NCBI GenBank assembly: GCA_965208905.1
Contig: OZ242365.1
Coordinates: forward strand, 1,280,001-1,344,000
DNA from: Nitrosopumilaceae archaeon
GTDB taxonomy: Archaea; Thermoproteota; Nitrososphaeria; Nitrososphaerales; Nitrosopumilaceae
Length of the DNA: 64,000 nt
Direction: 5' to 3'
Each line of letters begins with the position of its first letter. Position 1 is the first letter of the stretch. A program made the position numbers and the translations under genes. The notes under the pieces are model-generated. The model worked only from the letters and a program-made list of their open reading frames with translations, was not told the DNA's origin and did no database searches. Shown piece after piece: positions 61,689 through 64,000 of this stretch.

Positions 61689-63266
61689 ATGGCTGGAAAG
61701 CGAATAGTTCTCACGGCCGACCGTAGTCTGATGACTAACTACCGCGGGAACTTTTTATACGGTTTTATCGCTTGTGGCCCGTATGAAGTTTTACCTGAAT
61801 GGGTATTCGATAAAGTATTCTGCCCTGCCGTAGAGACTGACCCACAGACCGGCGAGGCCAAGGTTGCGCAGGTGGGATTGAGGCGGGTAGAGAGCGCACT
61901 ACTTCAGGGGTATGGTCGAGACGAGGTGTTTGTGGCCAATCCAGATCATCTAGACAAGGTCATAGGTCCAGACACCAAAGTGGTAGGAATCAATGTTATG
62001 GACCCTCTGGGAATGGCACCGGTTACCACCACCATGTCACCAGAAAAGTTGTCATATGTGGCAATGAAATTCAAAAAGATGTGTGCCTCGATAATTCAAC
62101 TAAAGAAGAAGCATAACTTTCACGTGGTCGTGGGTGGAAATGGAGCTTGGGAGCTGGCAAAGACTGACCGTATGAGAATACATGGCGTAGACACCGTGGT
62201 GGTGGGCGAAGCAGATGAGTTGGCTTTAGATCTATTTCATGATTTGGAGGCGGGTGATGCCCCCGAACTGATGCACTGCTTTGTCAAAAACATACAGAAT
62301 ATACCCCGAATACAGGGGCCTACTGTCAACTCACTAATTGAGGCCATGCGGGGTTGTGGGCGAGGATGCGACTTTTGTGACGTCAATAAACGCTCCAAAA
62401 AAGATCTTCCCATAGATAGACTCCAGACCGAAGCAAAGATCAATCTGGATTATGGATTTGACTCCATATGGCTACATTCAGATGAGATGCTCCTATACGG
62501 GTGTGATAATCGTGACTTTATACCCAACAAAGATGCCATCACCGAGTTGTGGAGCGGTATGAAGAATTTAGGGGCTAATTTTGTGGGAACGACACATATG
62601 ACATTCTCGGCAGTGGCCGCAGATCCGGACCTGATGTATCAGATAGCAAACATCAATCGTCAACATGAGTCTGGAAGATGGCTTGCCACAAACCTTGGTA
62701 TAGAGACTGTGTCTCCCAAGATGGTAAGAAAGCACTTGGGGGTCAAAACCAGACCGTTCTCATATGAAGAATGGGGTAGTGTGGTTAGGGAAGGTGCTGC
62801 CATACTTAACAAGAATCACTGGTTCCCGGCAGCCACCATAATAATTGGATGGCCGGATGAGACCCCTGAAGATGTACAGTATACGATAGACATGATGGAT
62901 GACTTCCGGACGATGGACTTTAGAGGACTGGTGGCACCATTACTATATCAAGACTTTAGTGAAAAGAACTCTATGCATTTTGGTAACTTGAACGAGGCCC
63001 AGTTTACACTATTCTGGAGATGCTGGGAGAATAATCTACGGGTAATCAACGATATTATTCCAATAATACTGCGCAACAAGACATATGGCCCGCCCATGAA
63101 AGTGTTTATGTATGGTATAATCAAGGCTGGAACGTGGGCTATAATGAGATATCTTCGGGGTCTCTGTAAAGATTTGTTTAATGGCCGTACCCCCGATGAA
63201 ATAATCGAAAAATACTCAAAGAGTCGTTCTGTCTCTGCTCCCCGTATGCAAACAAAGAAACTCTAA
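61689..63266 (+). CDS. B12-binding-like radical SAM protein
   Basis: VVVGG, VVGEA, RGCGRGCDFC, GIET, IIGWPDET; ATG 61689 (ORF-track start lies inside the TIR). Confidence 0.9.
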   Translation: MAGKRIVLTADRSLMTNYRGNFLYGFIACGPYEVLPEWVFDKVFCPAVETDPQTGEAKVAQVGLRRVESALLQGYGRDEVFVANPDHLDKVIGPDTKVVGINVMDPLGMAPVTTTMSPEKLSYVAMKFKKMCASIIQLKKKHNFHVVVGGNGAWELAKTDRMRIHGVDTVVVGEADELALDLFHDLEAGDAPELMHCFVKNIQNIPRIQGPTVNSLIEAMRGCGRGCDFCDVNKRSKKDLPIDRLQTEAKINLDYGFDSIWLHSDEMLLYGCDNRDFIPNKDAITELWSGMKNLGANFVGTTHMTFSAVAADPDLMYQIANINRQHESGRWLATNLGIETVSPKMVRKHLGVKTRPFSYEEWGSVVREGAAILNKNHWFPAATIIIGWPDETPEDVQYTIDMMDDFRTMDFRGLVAPLLYQDFSEKNSMHFGNLNEAQFTLFWRCWENNLRVINDIIPIILRNKTYGPPMKVFMYGIIKAGTWAIMRYLRGLCKDLFNGRTPDEIIEKYSKSRSVSAPRMQTKKL

Positions 63267-63583
63267 AGGTTGTCCAGTGCCTTGTCTGCAATCGTGTTGC
63301 GTTTTGGTGTCAGAACGACAAAGTACATCTTGTCAGCACGCTCGACTGATTCTACGATGTGATGTTCGCCTGTTGAGATGTCAAACTCATAGATTCCTGG
63401 TTCAAGTGACCCTTTAGCGTATACCATCAGAAAGCTGTCGGTATTCTGTGACAGTGGTATAAATGACATCAGGTATCCTTTATACGAGTTTATTGGTAGC
63501 GTATTCTTCATCGGTGCTGCTGCCGAAGACAACAGCATGAAGACATCTTTTAGACTATCAAATTCAGTATATTCTACATTCAT
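63263..63583 (-). CDS. Conserved hypothetical protein
   Basis: Clean ORF ending PKRNTIAD. Confidence 0.65.
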   Translation of the reverse strand: MNVEYTEFDSLKDVFMLLSSAAAPMKNTLPINSYKGYLMSFIPLSQNTDSFLMVYAKGSLEPGIYEFDISTGEHHIVESVERADKMYFVVLTPKRNTIADKALDNL

Positions 63584-63844
63584 GTCAATGTGCTATAATC
63601 AATCTATAATAATAATCTAGACACAAGAGGGTAACTTTTGATCAAAATGCCAACATCACCGTGTTGTATGGTATACTGTGAACGTTACACATTTTATTTC
63701 GCTTGCCAAAAAGTAGACTATAAGATGAGTTATTCTTACTGTGCAGTGGGTTGTGTAGAATAGCAGCACATTTTTGGTTCTGGTTACGAGTGTTTGTGGG
63801 CTGTTTTTCGGTCAGCTGTAACCAAACAAACACATTTAACAGTG

Positions 63845-64000
63845 ATGACTCTGAATAACGATGTGAAGATAAAACGTGTTGCCAACGTTATACTCGCAGT
63901 AAAAGATCTAGATCGTTCGTTGCACTTTTATCATGAAATAATTGGCTTGCCAATAAAGATGCAGAGGCGCACATGGATTGACTTGGGAGTGAGTGGGGGA
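63845..64000 (+). CDS. VOC/glyoxalase family protein, cut by window edge
   Basis: VILAVKDLDRSLHFYHEIIGL. Confidence 0.8.
   Translation, partial: MTLNNDVKIKRVANVILAVKDLDRSLHFYHEIIGLPIKMQRRTWIDLGVSGG

Overview
Chromosomal window from an ammonia-oxidising archaeon (Nitrososphaerota, Nitrosopumilaceae-like), judged from AOA-type nirK, a CdvB/ESCRT-III paralog, thaumarchaeal FtsZ-like protein, purP, L15e/L31e/L39e and tRNA-Thr(GGT). A housekeeping backbone (~6-30 kb, 33.6-46 kb, 52.5-55 kb, 61.7-64 kb) is interrupted by mobile DNA and gene decay. The main signal is a set of terminal-inverted-repeat (TIR) elements carrying nucleases. (1) A 1472-bp element (30837-32308) contains only a TnpB RNA-guided nuclease gene with an intact RuvC triad. 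It is bounded by 29-bp TIRs and a perfect 8-bp target-site duplication (TSD), which is the footprint of a DDE transposase rather than the usual IS200/IS605/IS607 mechanisms. (2) A 50-bp-TIR transposon (57692-61293/61644) encodes a SWIM-finger IS6-like transposase plus a methylase and NotI-like endonuclease. (3) A second SWIM-IS6 transposase lies in the same layout behind a type III R-M system. Also present: IS3 and IS630 copies and remnants, a fumarase gene frameshifted by a 34-bp duplication, probable ABC-transporter deletion scars, a candidate ~119-nt structured RNA and a paired palindromic operator ahead of hsp20-cdc48. All calls are from motif reading by eye; no searches were run.
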